From: a virus
Direction: 5' to 3' (one strand)
IMG/VR virus record: IMGVR_UViG_3300046747_000551
Location: 1-64,000 of that record
DNA: 64,000 nt
Shown: positions 33,414 through 42,400 of the stretch, piece after piece
Layout of the letters: each line of letters begins with the position of its first letter
How positions within the stretch are numbered: position 1 is the first letter of the stretch
The notes under the pieces: generated by a model
Told to the model about the DNA's origin: nothing
Databases searched by the model: none
What the model saw: only the letters and a program-made list of their open reading frames with translations
Translations under genes and position numbers: made by a program

Positions 33414-33857
33414 ATGAACATTTTTCAAAAATTCAAGCGCTGGCTGATGGACACCTCGCCCGAGCCGGACCCCATTGAATACGCGCAATGGGAAACTGAA
33501 GGCGGCACAACGCCTGAACAGAACGAGGCGCACTTCGCCGCGACCGGCCCCAAACCGACCGGTCCCGGTCCGCGCCCTTATGGTTGGTCAACCGGTCCGC
33601 ACTACGCGGGAGGCTACCGCACCGCGCCTGTGGTTGCCGTGGACGACACCAGCGACTGCCTCACGGTCGCCGCGTCTGCCGCGGTCGCTGCGATGCTGGC
33701 CGAATCTACCCCGCCAGCCTGCCCCTACTGCGAGACCGCCATCCCGCCGGCAGCCATGCCGTCCACCGACGTGCCGCTCGAATCGCCCTCGCCGTCATCG
33801 GACACCCCGGACTGCGGCGGGTCTTCCTGCGACTGCTCCTGCGGAGGTGACCAATGA
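33414..33857 (+). CDS. hypothetical protein with Ser/Gly/Cys low-complexity tail
   Basis: ATGA-coupled; ends DCGGSSCDCSCGGDQ. Confidence 0.55.
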   Translation: MNIFQKFKRWLMDTSPEPDPIEYAQWETEGGTTPEQNEAHFAATGPKPTGPGPRPYGWSTGPHYAGGYRTAPVVAVDDTSDCLTVAASAAVAAMLAESTPPACPYCETAIPPAAMPSTDVPLESPSPSSDTPDCGGSSCDCSCGGDQ

Positions 33858-33979
33858 ACGTCGCGCGCGTTGCAGTGGGCGTGCTTATCGGCCTGGGCCT
33901 CGTGCTCTGGGCAGTCAATCAGGTCGCCCTGGCGGCGGCTTGTTTCATCTTCGTCATCCTCCTGTGGAGGCCGTCGTGA
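33854..33979 (+). CDS. 41-aa membrane peptide
   Basis: MNVARVAVGVLIGLGLVLWAVNQVALAAACFIFVILLWRPS; overlaps both neighbours by 4 nt; not in the track. Confidence 0.55.
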   Translation: MNVARVAVGVLIGLGLVLWAVNQVALAAACFIFVILLWRPS

Positions 33980-34326
33980 GCGACGCCTTCACAGTGAAGT
34001 CCAACGTCCGGGACTACGCGCTGGTGTGCTCCAAAGCCAATCGCGCCGGCAAATTCAAGCGCGTTAGCGAGGACTTCCTGACGGACATCGAAACGGCCGT
34101 GGACTGTTTGATACGGCAAATCGAAACGAAGGTCGGCGAGCCGCTGCACCCGCTGCCGAAGGACCCGCAGAAGACGGCCATTTTCGGGGGCACCGAACCG
34201 GTCGAGCGCCTGCGGCTGGTGACGGGCTTCGCGAGCGAACGGGCGCACGCGCGCCTGGAAGCGGCCATCCGAAAAATCATCGCAAACAAAGTGCAAGGCA
34301 CGCCAACGTGCGGCCAGACACTTTGA
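33976..34326 (+). CDS. histone-fold-like protein
   Basis: GTG start with GGAGG upstream; VKSNVRDYAL...FKRVSEDFLTDIETAVDCLIRQI...GQTL. Confidence 0.45.
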   Translation: MSDAFTVKSNVRDYALVCSKANRAGKFKRVSEDFLTDIETAVDCLIRQIETKVGEPLHPLPKDPQKTAIFGGTEPVERLRLVTGFASERAHARLEAAIRKIIANKVQGTPTCGQTL

Positions 34327-34331
34327 GGGGG

Positions 34332-34363
34332 TTGACATTTTCGGGAAACTCCACACTGGGATA
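34332..34363 (+). promoter_or_regulatory. class B promoter TTGACA-N16-CACTGGGATA
   Basis: Exact motif, directly upstream of the polymerase start. Confidence 0.8.
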
Positions 34364-34367
34364 AGTG

Positions 34368-35435
34368 ATGATAACGCACCTCGGCTTCGACTACGAGACC
34401 TATTACGACACGAAGCTGAAGTATGACATACAGCACCTGGGGGCCGAGCGCTACGTCCGAGACGAGCGTTTCGACCCCTACTTGTTGTCGGTGAGTGACG
34501 GCGCGAATTCCTGGGCCGGCCCACCAAAAAATTTCAACTGGGACATGCTGGACGGGATGACCGTCGTGGCGCACAACGCCGCGTTCGACCAGACCGTTTA
34601 CAACGAGATGGTCCGGCGTGGCATGGCGCCGCTGAAGCGCATCAAGGCGTGGCACTGCACGGCGAACCTCTCGTCCTACCTCTGCAATCGGCGCGCGCTG
34701 GATGACGCGTGTGCGTTCCTGCTCGACATCACGGTGGACAAGTCCACCCGCAGCGAGGCCAACGGCAAAACGTCCGAGGAGCTGAAGGCCGACAAGCTGG
34801 GCTGGGACCGCATGCTCGACTACGGGCGCGGCGATGCTTTTCGGTGCTGGACGCTCTGGGACAAGTTCGGCGCGGAGTGGCCGGAGTCGGAGCGCGAGCT
34901 GTCCCGTATCACCATCGACCAGTGCCTGCGCGGCGTGCAAATCGATGTCGAGCTGCTGAACGAATACATCCGCGTGGCCGAGACGCTGGTCATCACTTGC
35001 CAATACGCGCTGCCCTGGACGTCCCGCGGCGCGCCGCCCACGTCGCCCAAGGCCATGGCCGAGGAATGCCGCAAGTGCAACATCCCCTGCCCGCCGGTGA
35101 AGTCCCGGGACGGCGTGGACGCGTTCGATGCCTGGGAGGCGCAGTATTCTCCCGCGCACCCGTGGATAAAAGCTGTGGGCGACTGGCGGCAGGTCAATAA
35201 GCTGCTGGCCACGCTGAAGACCTTCAAAATCCGCGTGCGTGAGGACGGCACGATGCCCTTCGGCCTGAAGTATTTTGGCGCGCATACTGGCCGCTGGTCC
35301 GGCGACGCCGGCCTGAATTTTCAAAACTTCCGCAAGGTGCCCCTGTTCGTCACCGCCGCCGGCGCGCTTACCGAGGACAAAAAAGCTGCGGCCACTGTCC
35401 TCGACATCCGCAAGTTAATCATCGCCCGCCCATGA
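34368..35435 (+). CDS. polA: family A DNA polymerase, N-terminal part (3'-5' exonuclease, thumb, first palm strands)
   Basis: GFDYET (ExoI), AHNAAFD (ExoII), YGRGD (ExoIII), RGVQID, GAHTGRWSG..LNFQNF; stops at IRKLIIARP. Confidence 0.9.
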   Translation: MITHLGFDYETYYDTKLKYDIQHLGAERYVRDERFDPYLLSVSDGANSWAGPPKNFNWDMLDGMTVVAHNAAFDQTVYNEMVRRGMAPLKRIKAWHCTANLSSYLCNRRALDDACAFLLDITVDKSTRSEANGKTSEELKADKLGWDRMLDYGRGDAFRCWTLWDKFGAEWPESERELSRITIDQCLRGVQIDVELLNEYIRVAETLVITCQYALPWTSRGAPPTSPKAMAEECRKCNIPCPPVKSRDGVDAFDAWEAQYSPAHPWIKAVGDWRQVNKLLATLKTFKIRVREDGTMPFGLKYFGAHTGRWSGDAGLNFQNFRKVPLFVTAAGALTEDKKAAATVLDIRKLIIARP

Positions 35436-36331
35436 AACTAATCGTCTCCGACCTCGCGCAAATCGAGCCGCGCGTGCTGGCGTGGCTGGTCAACGACAAG
35501 GTGGCCCTGGACGCGATGGCAGCCGGCGACTCGCCGTATGTCGCGCACGCCAAGGCATCCATGGAGTGGACCCCGTCACACACGGACTGGGTCCTGGGCG
35601 ACCTGAAAAAAGAGTCCGCCAACATTTATTCGCTGGCCAAAGTCCGTGTCCTCGGGCTGGGCTACGGCGCCGGCTGGCTGAAGTTCATCACGATGGCCAA
35701 AACGATGGCTGGCCTGGACATCACCAAGGGCGACCCGGAGACCGAGCAAAAGCTGACCCGCGACGGGGAACTATGTTGGAACGCCGACGGCACGCCGAAG
35801 ATGGTGTCCGGCTACGGCAAGAATTCCCGGCGCATCGTGAAAGACTTTCGCGACTCGAACCCTGGCATCGTGAACCTCTGGCGGCAGCTTGACGAGGGCT
35901 TCCGGAACGCCTGCGGCGGCGACTTCCGCATGCAGCTGCCCTCCGGCCGCTTCATGGTTTATCGGGACGTGCGGTCCGAATGGCGGCTGGTGCCCGAGAC
36001 GGACGAGAGCGGCGAGGCCACGGGCGGCATGAAGCGCAAGCTGGTCTATACCGCCGACGTGGGCGGTGTGCGCAGCGTTTTCTACGGCGGGCTGCTGTGC
36101 GAAAACTTGGTGCAGGCCACCGCGCGCGACGTGTTCGGGTTCCACATGCTTTTGCTCGACAAGACGCCGGGCATTCGTATCCTGTTCACCTGCCACGACG
36201 AGGCAGTTTGTGAATGCGAGGACCACATCACCGCCGAGCAGGTGCAAGACACAATGTCGGTATGCCCGCCCTGGCTGCGCGGCTGCCCTCTCGCCGCCGA
36301 AGCCAAGGAAGTCCCCTGCTACTGCAAATGA
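35432..36331 (+). CDS. polA: family A DNA polymerase, C-terminal part (motifs A, B, C)
   Basis: LIVSDLAQIEPRVLAW (A), AKVRVLGLGYGAG (B), ENLVQATARD, TCHDEAVCE (C). Confidence 0.9.
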   Translation: MKLIVSDLAQIEPRVLAWLVNDKVALDAMAAGDSPYVAHAKASMEWTPSHTDWVLGDLKKESANIYSLAKVRVLGLGYGAGWLKFITMAKTMAGLDITKGDPETEQKLTRDGELCWNADGTPKMVSGYGKNSRRIVKDFRDSNPGIVNLWRQLDEGFRNACGGDFRMQLPSGRFMVYRDVRSEWRLVPETDESGEATGGMKRKLVYTADVGGVRSVFYGGLLCENLVQATARDVFGFHMLLLDKTPGIRILFTCHDEAVCECEDHITAEQVQDTMSVCPPWLRGCPLAAEAKEVPCYCK

Positions 36332-38553
36332 AACTTTTCTGCCTGCGCAACCTCAGCTCGCACGAGGTCACCACCTGTGTCCCGTGGGAATTCGGTCCGG
36401 AAAATCTGGGAGCGGTTCCCCCGGAGGCCTTCTCGGATAAGACGGTCCGAGACACCTGGGCCAATCGCCCCGGCACGGTGCATCAAATGTATTCGTGCTA
36501 CCAGGGGTCCAACCCGAACCTGCGCATCAGCAAAGAGAATCCGCCACACGACGCACGCGCCGCGGCCATCGACGTGGACGTGAAGCTGACGCGGCCCGAG
36601 CTGGACGGCGCGCTGGAGCGAATGGGCGACCGCAAGCCGAACTATATCGAGACCACTTTTTCCGGCCACTTCCGGCTCGTCTGGCTGTTCGCGGTGCCCA
36701 TCGGTTTTCTCGGCGACATGACTTTCGCAAAGTTCGTCCTTGAGCATCTGCATGAGCTGCTGCCGTATCGCCAGTGTCCGGGAATTGATGAGGGCGCCGT
36801 CTCGCGTGGCACGCAATACTACACTAACGGTTGTCGCTGGGAAAAAATTCACGACACCCCCATTCCGGCGGACCTGCTCATTGGCTGGCAAATGGCCATC
36901 TCCAAAAAATTCAACTGGGCGGATACCAAGGACGCGGTGAAAATCCCGCTCGACGTGGTCGAGGCGAAGCTGCGCGAAATGTTTCCTCGGTTCGTGACTG
37001 AGTGGAAATCGGAGTTCAAGAAGGATGCGCAGGGGCCGACCTTCTGGGAACCGGAATCGACGAGCCCGAATTCGGCAATCGTGAACGACCACGGTATCCG
37101 GTCCTTTGCGGACCACGCCTCACACAAGCCGTTTATGACCTGGGCCGACTTTTTCGGCGCGCAGTTCGTGGCCGAGTATCAGCTGAAGCTGCTGGGCAAC
37201 GCGGTCGAGGGCATCTACTACGACGGCCGGCAGTTCATCCGAAAACAGTCTGAGGGCAAGTGGCTGTTCGGCGGCGCGGACGACCTGTCGCGTCACCTGC
37301 GCTGCGAGCGCGGGCTCTCCGACCGCCGGCCCAAGGGCCGCAACGCTTCGCCCGTGGACGAGGCCATCTCCTTCATCCAAAACAAAGGCCACATCACGTC
37401 GGCCGGGAGTTTCTCCTTCTACCCCAAAGGCATCATGGAACGTTACGGCAAAACATTTCTCAACATCCACAACCGCGACGTGCTGACCCCGGCACCGGGC
37501 ACCCAGAAGTGGGGCGACAAGTTCCCCTTCATCGCCAAGTTTTACGACGGCTGGCTGACTTCCGAAGCCGCGCTCACGGCGTATCTGTCGCACCTGTCGT
37601 ATGCGTTTCGCTGCGCGTTCAATCGCGCCCCGCAGCCCGGGCAAGTGTCCGTCTTCGTCGGTCCGCCGAGCTGCGGAAAAACGCTCAACACGCGCTACAT
37701 CATCGGCGCGCTGTTCAATGGCTACGCGGAGTGCCAGGACTGGATGATGGGCCGCGACCAGTTCAACAGCGAGTTGTTCGAGGTCTTCAATTGGGCCATC
37801 GACGACAACACAATGGGGCTTGACGCGCGCTCGCATCGTATCTACACTGAGATGCTGAAAAGATGCTGTGCCAATCAAGCGTTCCGTTCCAACGAGAAGT
37901 TCCGCGCGGCCGGGCTGCTCGACTGGGCCGGCCGAATCTGGGTGTCGCTCAACAACGACGCGGCCAGCCTGCGGCACTTGCCGGAGCTGGGCATGTCGAA
38001 CATGGACAAGCTGAACCTTTACTGCTGCACGGTCCTCCGGACGGACGGGTTCGTTTTTCCTGCGCGCGAGGAAATCGCCCGCACGCTGGTCCAGGAACTG
38101 CCCTACTTCGGGAAGTTCCTGTTGGACTACGAAATCCCGGCGCACCGCATGGGCACGGAAAAGCGCTTCGGCCCCATTCATTACCACGACACGTCTTTGG
38201 TCATCGAGGCCAACCAATCGTCGCTGAGCGCCAGCATCGGCGAGCAGGTGGACGAGTGGATGCGCCAGTATTTTGTCGAGAAGCACCCTGAGCACGACTG
38301 CTGGGAAGGCACCGCCTACCAGCTCTACCAATCGATGGCCATCGACTGCCAGATGCGCGAGGCCATGGGCCGCACGACGGCGGACACGCTGAGCAAGACG
38401 CTCCCTGAGCTGGCGCAAAAAGGTTTCGACATCGAAATCCTGGGCGGCGAGTTCCGCCGCACGTTCCGAATTTGCCGGGGCAACCGTTACCCGAAGGGAC
38501 CGGTCGCCAAGACAATCAAGCAGACCCCCAACAACCCCTACGAAAAACAATGA
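36328..38553 (+). CDS. primase-helicase (primase-like N-terminus, P-loop NTPase C-terminus)
   Basis: AIDVD...TFSGHFRLVW (AEP-like DxD and SG..R), FVGPPSCGKT (Walker A), WAIDD (Walker B). Confidence 0.75.
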   Translation: MKLFCLRNLSSHEVTTCVPWEFGPENLGAVPPEAFSDKTVRDTWANRPGTVHQMYSCYQGSNPNLRISKENPPHDARAAAIDVDVKLTRPELDGALERMGDRKPNYIETTFSGHFRLVWLFAVPIGFLGDMTFAKFVLEHLHELLPYRQCPGIDEGAVSRGTQYYTNGCRWEKIHDTPIPADLLIGWQMAISKKFNWADTKDAVKIPLDVVEAKLREMFPRFVTEWKSEFKKDAQGPTFWEPESTSPNSAIVNDHGIRSFADHASHKPFMTWADFFGAQFVAEYQLKLLGNAVEGIYYDGRQFIRKQSEGKWLFGGADDLSRHLRCERGLSDRRPKGRNASPVDEAISFIQNKGHITSAGSFSFYPKGIMERYGKTFLNIHNRDVLTPAPGTQKWGDKFPFIAKFYDGWLTSEAALTAYLSHLSYAFRCAFNRAPQPGQVSVFVGPPSCGKTLNTRYIIGALFNGYAECQDWMMGRDQFNSELFEVFNWAIDDNTMGLDARSHRIYTEMLKRCCANQAFRSNEKFRAAGLLDWAGRIWVSLNNDAASLRHLPELGMSNMDKLNLYCCTVLRTDGFVFPAREEIARTLVQELPYFGKFLLDYEIPAHRMGTEKRFGPIHYHDTSLVIEANQSSLSASIGEQVDEWMRQYFVEKHPEHDCWEGTAYQLYQSMAIDCQMREAMGRTTADTLSKTLPELAQKGFDIEILGGEFRRTFRICRGNRYPKGPVAKTIKQTPNNPYEKQ

Positions 38554-39329
38554 AGAACCTAGTCGTGGGCTACGCGCACCATCAAGACACCAAACGCGGC
38601 GAGGAATACCTCTCCCGCTTCGGTAACTGGATGCCCTTGCACCCCCACTATTTCAATATGAGCGACAACCAAAGCTACTACGCCCCCGGGACGGACCTGA
38701 AGTTCACCCTCCTCTCTGCCGAAGAAGAGACACGCCTGTTCACCGTCGCCCGCGGCGGTCGATATACGGCGACCGAGGTGAACGCCGCGCGCGACTACAT
38801 CATCACCAACCATCTGCTTTTCGCGGCGACTTACGCGAGGCGAATCGTGAAGGGCAAGCTGCCCGACAACGAGGTCGTCAGCGCCGCGAATTTCGGCCTG
38901 ATGAAGGCGTTCGAGGCGTTTGACCACAAGCGCGGGAAACGTTTCTCGTGCTACGCGAAGCCCTACATCCGGTCCGAAATCGCCACGCTCTGGCGCTCCA
39001 AGGACATCGTGGACTACCACGGCAATTTTCCGGACGTGACCGAGGACAACGTCGCGATGCTCGACCCCGACTGCGGCGTCGTCATGCCGGACAACGAGGG
39101 CGACAGCCGCGAGCTGGTGTTGAAGTGCCTGGAGGAATCCAAGTCCGTGCTCAACGCCAAGGAAGCGAAAATCCTGCGCATGCACTACGAGCAGGGACTG
39201 AACATGCGGGAAATCGCGGACACGTTCGACATCACGCGCGAGCGCATTCGACAAATCCACGACGTGGCCATCGCCAAGCTGGCCCGGGCCTTCAAGCGTG
39301 CCGGCGTGAACGCACAGGGGGAAGTATGA
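38550..39329 (+). CDS. phage-encoded RNA polymerase sigma-70 family factor
   Basis: LLSAEEETRL (region 1.2), GLMKAFEAFDHKRGKRFSCYA (region 2), MREIADTFDITRERIRQI...AIAKL (region 4.2). Confidence 0.92.
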   Translation: MKNLVVGYAHHQDTKRGEEYLSRFGNWMPLHPHYFNMSDNQSYYAPGTDLKFTLLSAEEETRLFTVARGGRYTATEVNAARDYIITNHLLFAATYARRIVKGKLPDNEVVSAANFGLMKAFEAFDHKRGKRFSCYAKPYIRSEIATLWRSKDIVDYHGNFPDVTEDNVAMLDPDCGVVMPDNEGDSRELVLKCLEESKSVLNAKEAKILRMHYEQGLNMREIADTFDITRERIRQIHDVAIAKLARAFKRAGVNAQGEV

Positions 39330-39532
39330 GCGAGTCCGTCAAGTGCCCCGTGTGCGGGCTGACCGACGTGGAGGTGTGCTGCGACGAGGTGGACAACGAG
39401 GTCGGCATCCAGCGTTTCGTCTGGGGCTACGTCTGCAAGAAGTGTGGCGAGATACCCGTGTGCCCGGACTGCGGGGCCTGCATCGCCTCGCCGGGGGACC
39501 ACATGGTCTGGTGTGAGAGGGACAAAGAATGA
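39326..39532 (+). CDS. zinc-ribbon protein
   Basis: CPVCG, CKKCG, CPDCG. Confidence 0.6.
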   Translation: MSESVKCPVCGLTDVEVCCDEVDNEVGIQRFVWGYVCKKCGEIPVCPDCGACIASPGDHMVWCERDKE

Positions 39533-40017
39533 ACATCCTTGCGCTAGACCTCGGGACGAACACCGGCTGGGCGCGCCGCCTGGACGGGAAAGTAGTGTCT
39601 GGCACTTGGTCATTGCCGCCGAAAAAGAAGGGCGCGGACTGCTGCGTCATCGACCCGCGGCTCATTCTTTTCCGGCAGCGCCTGCGGGACAACACCGACG
39701 TGGATGCGTTGGTTTATGAGGACGTGAAGTTCGTGCGGTCCCAAGCGCAGGCCCACCTCTGGGCCGGCTTCCGCGCCGTGCTTTGGCTTTTTGCACACGA
39801 CTTCAGCATCCCGACCTTTTGCTGCCCGGTGCAGACCTTGAAAAAGTTCGCGACCGGCAGCGGGGCGGCGGACAAGGATGCGATGGCGCTGGCCTACTAT
39901 GAAAAGGTGGGCCTGAATCCGCGGTTCGCGGCGCTAGATGACAACGCCATCGACGCGTGGCATCTACTGCATTGGGCAGAAGCGACCTTGACGAAACCGG
40001 AAATTGGCACACCTTAA
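39529..40017 (+). CDS. RuvC-like Holliday junction resolvase
   Basis: ILALDLGTNTGWA, LVYE, TLKKFATGSGAADKDAM, DDNAIDA. Confidence 0.85.
   Translation: MNILALDLGTNTGWARRLDGKVVSGTWSLPPKKKGADCCVIDPRLILFRQRLRDNTDVDALVYEDVKFVRSQAQAHLWAGFRAVLWLFAHDFSIPTFCCPVQTLKKFATGSGAADKDAMALAYYEKVGLNPRFAALDDNAIDAWHLLHWAEATLTKPEIGTP
39988..40015 (+). promoter_or_regulatory. promoter TTGACG-N16-CACCTT (class B variant)
   Basis: Same spacing; ATG at 40024. Confidence 0.55.
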
Positions 40018-40023
40018 CTAGGA

Positions 40024-40587
40024 ATGAGCAACGACTACCAGATGCTGGTCCCGGGCCGCGAGCGCGTCAACGCGGAACAAATCACGACCCTCCTGCACGT
40101 CACCAACGCGCTTCAGGTTTACCTGCTTGCCCCGCACCGCGCCTTCGACTCCGAGAACCCGCACCCGGAGCTGGACGGCGGCGCCCTGGCGGCGGCGACG
40201 GTGACCTTCGGCAAGGCCTGCGAGCAGCTGAACAACATCCTGTCGGACGCATCGCGTTGGAGCCTGGACAAGGTGACGGACCTGAACAAGGAAATCGTCA
40301 AGACCCAGCAAGCCCAACAGGGGCTCCTCGCTGCGCAGACCAAGCTGGCGGAGAACGCGCTGCTGCCGCACGCGCAACTCAAGCCCCTGGTCGTGCATCA
40401 CGGCGGGATGTTCCTCGCCATCCACGGCGACCCGGCCACGCCGGCCGCACACATCGTCGGCCGCGGCTTCACGCCCGAGGCCGCGCTCTACGACTTCGAC
40501 CTCGCTTTTAAACGGCTGGCCAACGACCAATACCAAATCGAGGTCGAGCAACAGCCCCAACCCAAAAACAAGAAGAACGACAAATGA
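40024..40587 (+). CDS. hypothetical protein
   Basis: C-terminal VGRGFTPEAALYDFD resembles a HicB-like G.T.EEA motif. Confidence 0.6.
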   Translation: MSNDYQMLVPGRERVNAEQITTLLHVTNALQVYLLAPHRAFDSENPHPELDGGALAAATVTFGKACEQLNNILSDASRWSLDKVTDLNKEIVKTQQAQQGLLAAQTKLAENALLPHAQLKPLVVHHGGMFLAIHGDPATPAAHIVGRGFTPEAALYDFDLAFKRLANDQYQIEVEQQPQPKNKKNDK

Positions 40588-41876
40588 AGTGGACCCACAA
40601 GCAAATCGAACAGTTTCGCGACTGCGTGAAGGCGGGCGCGAGCGACACGTTGCTCGCCTCAATTTTCCAGGTGACTGAGCCCGCCATCCGGCGCGCTCGC
40701 CAGCGGTTCGCTCCGTTTAGCGTGAAGTTCCGCACCCAGGTGCATCCCGACTTCAAGACCGCGGAACCTTTTCCCCAGGCGCCCAAGCAGCCGACCACGT
40801 TCGAGCAGGACAAGGAAGCCAAGTCCGGCGAATTCTGGAAGCGTGAGTATCAGGTCCTCGAAAAGAAATACGAGCAGGCCGTCACCCAGGCTTCCATCTC
40901 CGAGCAGCTCGTGGAGCTGGCCAAAGAGGTGGCCCCCACTTCGTATGACCCGTGCCCGGCGCAGATACCGAGCAAGCAATCCCACAGCGACTGCGCGCAG
41001 TCCGCGGTGCTGCTGCTGAGCGACACGCACGTCGGGCAGGTTATTACGCCAGACCAAACTTTAGGTTTTGGCGGCTACGACCTGGAAATTTTCCTGGCGC
41101 GCCTCAAGACCGTGGAGTCCGCCATCACGTCCATCGTCACGCGGCACACGACCACCGTCGTGGACGAGCTGGTCGTCTGTTTCGGGGGCGACCTCATCCA
41201 CGGTGCGTTGAACCACGGCGCCGAGGCCGCGCAGAAAATGACGCTGTTCGACCAGACGTATGCCGCCGGCCACGCCTTCGCGCAGTTCCTTCGCAATCTC
41301 GCGCCGCTGTTCCCGCAGGTCCGGGTCTTCGGCACGGTCGGCAACCATCCGCGGTTCGCGAACCAAAAGCGCATGCCGACGGAAAACCGCTACAGCAACC
41401 TCGACCAGTTTTGCCTGAGCTACACGCGGGCGCTGACCGAACGGCTCGAAAACGTTCACTGGACCCTGAACCGGCAGCCGACGGCGTTGTTCAAGGTGCA
41501 GGGCTTCGGGTTCGAGCTGCTCCACGGCGACACGCTGCGCGGCGGGGACCGTGCGCTGGGCATCCCGAACCACGCAGTGGGGCGCCACATTTCGGGGCGC
41601 GCGCAACTCTTCGCCAAGCACGGGCAGCAATCGCCCGACTACTATCTGTGCGGGCACCTGCACCGGGACATTGTTTTGCCGCACGCCAAGGGCCGCTTCA
41701 TTGTCAACGGGGGGTTCCCCGGCATCGACGGCTATGCGCTGGCGGAAAACTTTTCGCCGGTGGACCCCACGCAGACCTTCTTCTTGATGCACCCTAAATA
41801 CGGGCAAACCGCGAGCTACAGCATTTCCCTGAAGTTCGCGAAGGTAGAAGCCGAGCGGCCCTACGACCTTCCCTAA
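40584..41876 (+). CDS. calcineurin-like metallophosphoesterase with N-terminal HTH
   Basis: LLSDTHVG, GGDLIHG, VGNH, LHGD, GHLH. Confidence 0.85.
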   Translation: MKWTHKQIEQFRDCVKAGASDTLLASIFQVTEPAIRRARQRFAPFSVKFRTQVHPDFKTAEPFPQAPKQPTTFEQDKEAKSGEFWKREYQVLEKKYEQAVTQASISEQLVELAKEVAPTSYDPCPAQIPSKQSHSDCAQSAVLLLSDTHVGQVITPDQTLGFGGYDLEIFLARLKTVESAITSIVTRHTTTVVDELVVCFGGDLIHGALNHGAEAAQKMTLFDQTYAAGHAFAQFLRNLAPLFPQVRVFGTVGNHPRFANQKRMPTENRYSNLDQFCLSYTRALTERLENVHWTLNRQPTALFKVQGFGFELLHGDTLRGGDRALGIPNHAVGRHISGRAQLFAKHGQQSPDYYLCGHLHRDIVLPHAKGRFIVNGGFPGIDGYALAENFSPVDPTQTFFLMHPKYGQTASYSISLKFAKVEAERPYDLP

Positions 41877-41877
41877 T

Positions 41878-41906
41878 TTGACAGGACGAACCCCCTGTTG
41901 TAACCT
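41878..41906 (+). promoter_or_regulatory. class A promoter TTGACA-N17-TAACCT
   Basis: ATG at 41915. Confidence 0.65.
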
Positions 41907-41914
41907 ACAGACAC

Positions 41915-42364
41915 ATGAGACACATCATCGCACTACTGGCGCTGCTCGGACTTGCAGCGGTTATCCCCTCGGCCACGGCGGGCACGAAAATCATCGGCGA
42001 AGTGAACGGCTTGAAGCTGGTCCGCGTGAAAACGGTGGGCATCTTCTGTCCAAGCACCACGACGGTCATCGCGTATGACCCCGCCAAGCCCGGCACCATC
42101 GAAGGCGTCATCAATCACGCGGGCGGTCCTGGCGTGTTGCAGAGCGTCGCCCAACCGGCGTCCATCGCCGCGGGTGCCTATCTGCTCAAGCCGGACTCCA
42201 CGCGCGTGACCCAGAGCGGCAGCGGCAACGCAGCGGCTACCTCGACCAGCGGCGCGACGGCTGCCGGCGGCAACGCCACGGGTGGCAACGGTGGCGCGGG
42301 CGGAGCCGGTGGCTCGGCTGGCGGGCCTCCCGGGCTCGTGAACAACCCCGGTCACAGCAACTAA
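41915..42364 (+). CDS. exported protein with Gly-rich C-terminus
   Basis: Signal peptide MRHIIALLALLGLAAVIPSATA. Confidence 0.7.
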   Translation: MRHIIALLALLGLAAVIPSATAGTKIIGEVNGLKLVRVKTVGIFCPSTTTVIAYDPAKPGTIEGVINHAGGPGVLQSVAQPASIAAGAYLLKPDSTRVTQSGSGNAAATSTSGATAAGGNATGGNGGAGGAGGSAGGPPGLVNNPGHSN

Positions 42365-42400
42365 CCTTCGCCTTGGGGCCACGGACGGCCCCCGAGATTT

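Noticed and set aside
35425-35440. Stop-codon reassignment (TGA readthrough) explaining the split polymerase
   Set aside because: The second half is in a different frame, so readthrough would not fuse them. Other genes are intact under the standard code.
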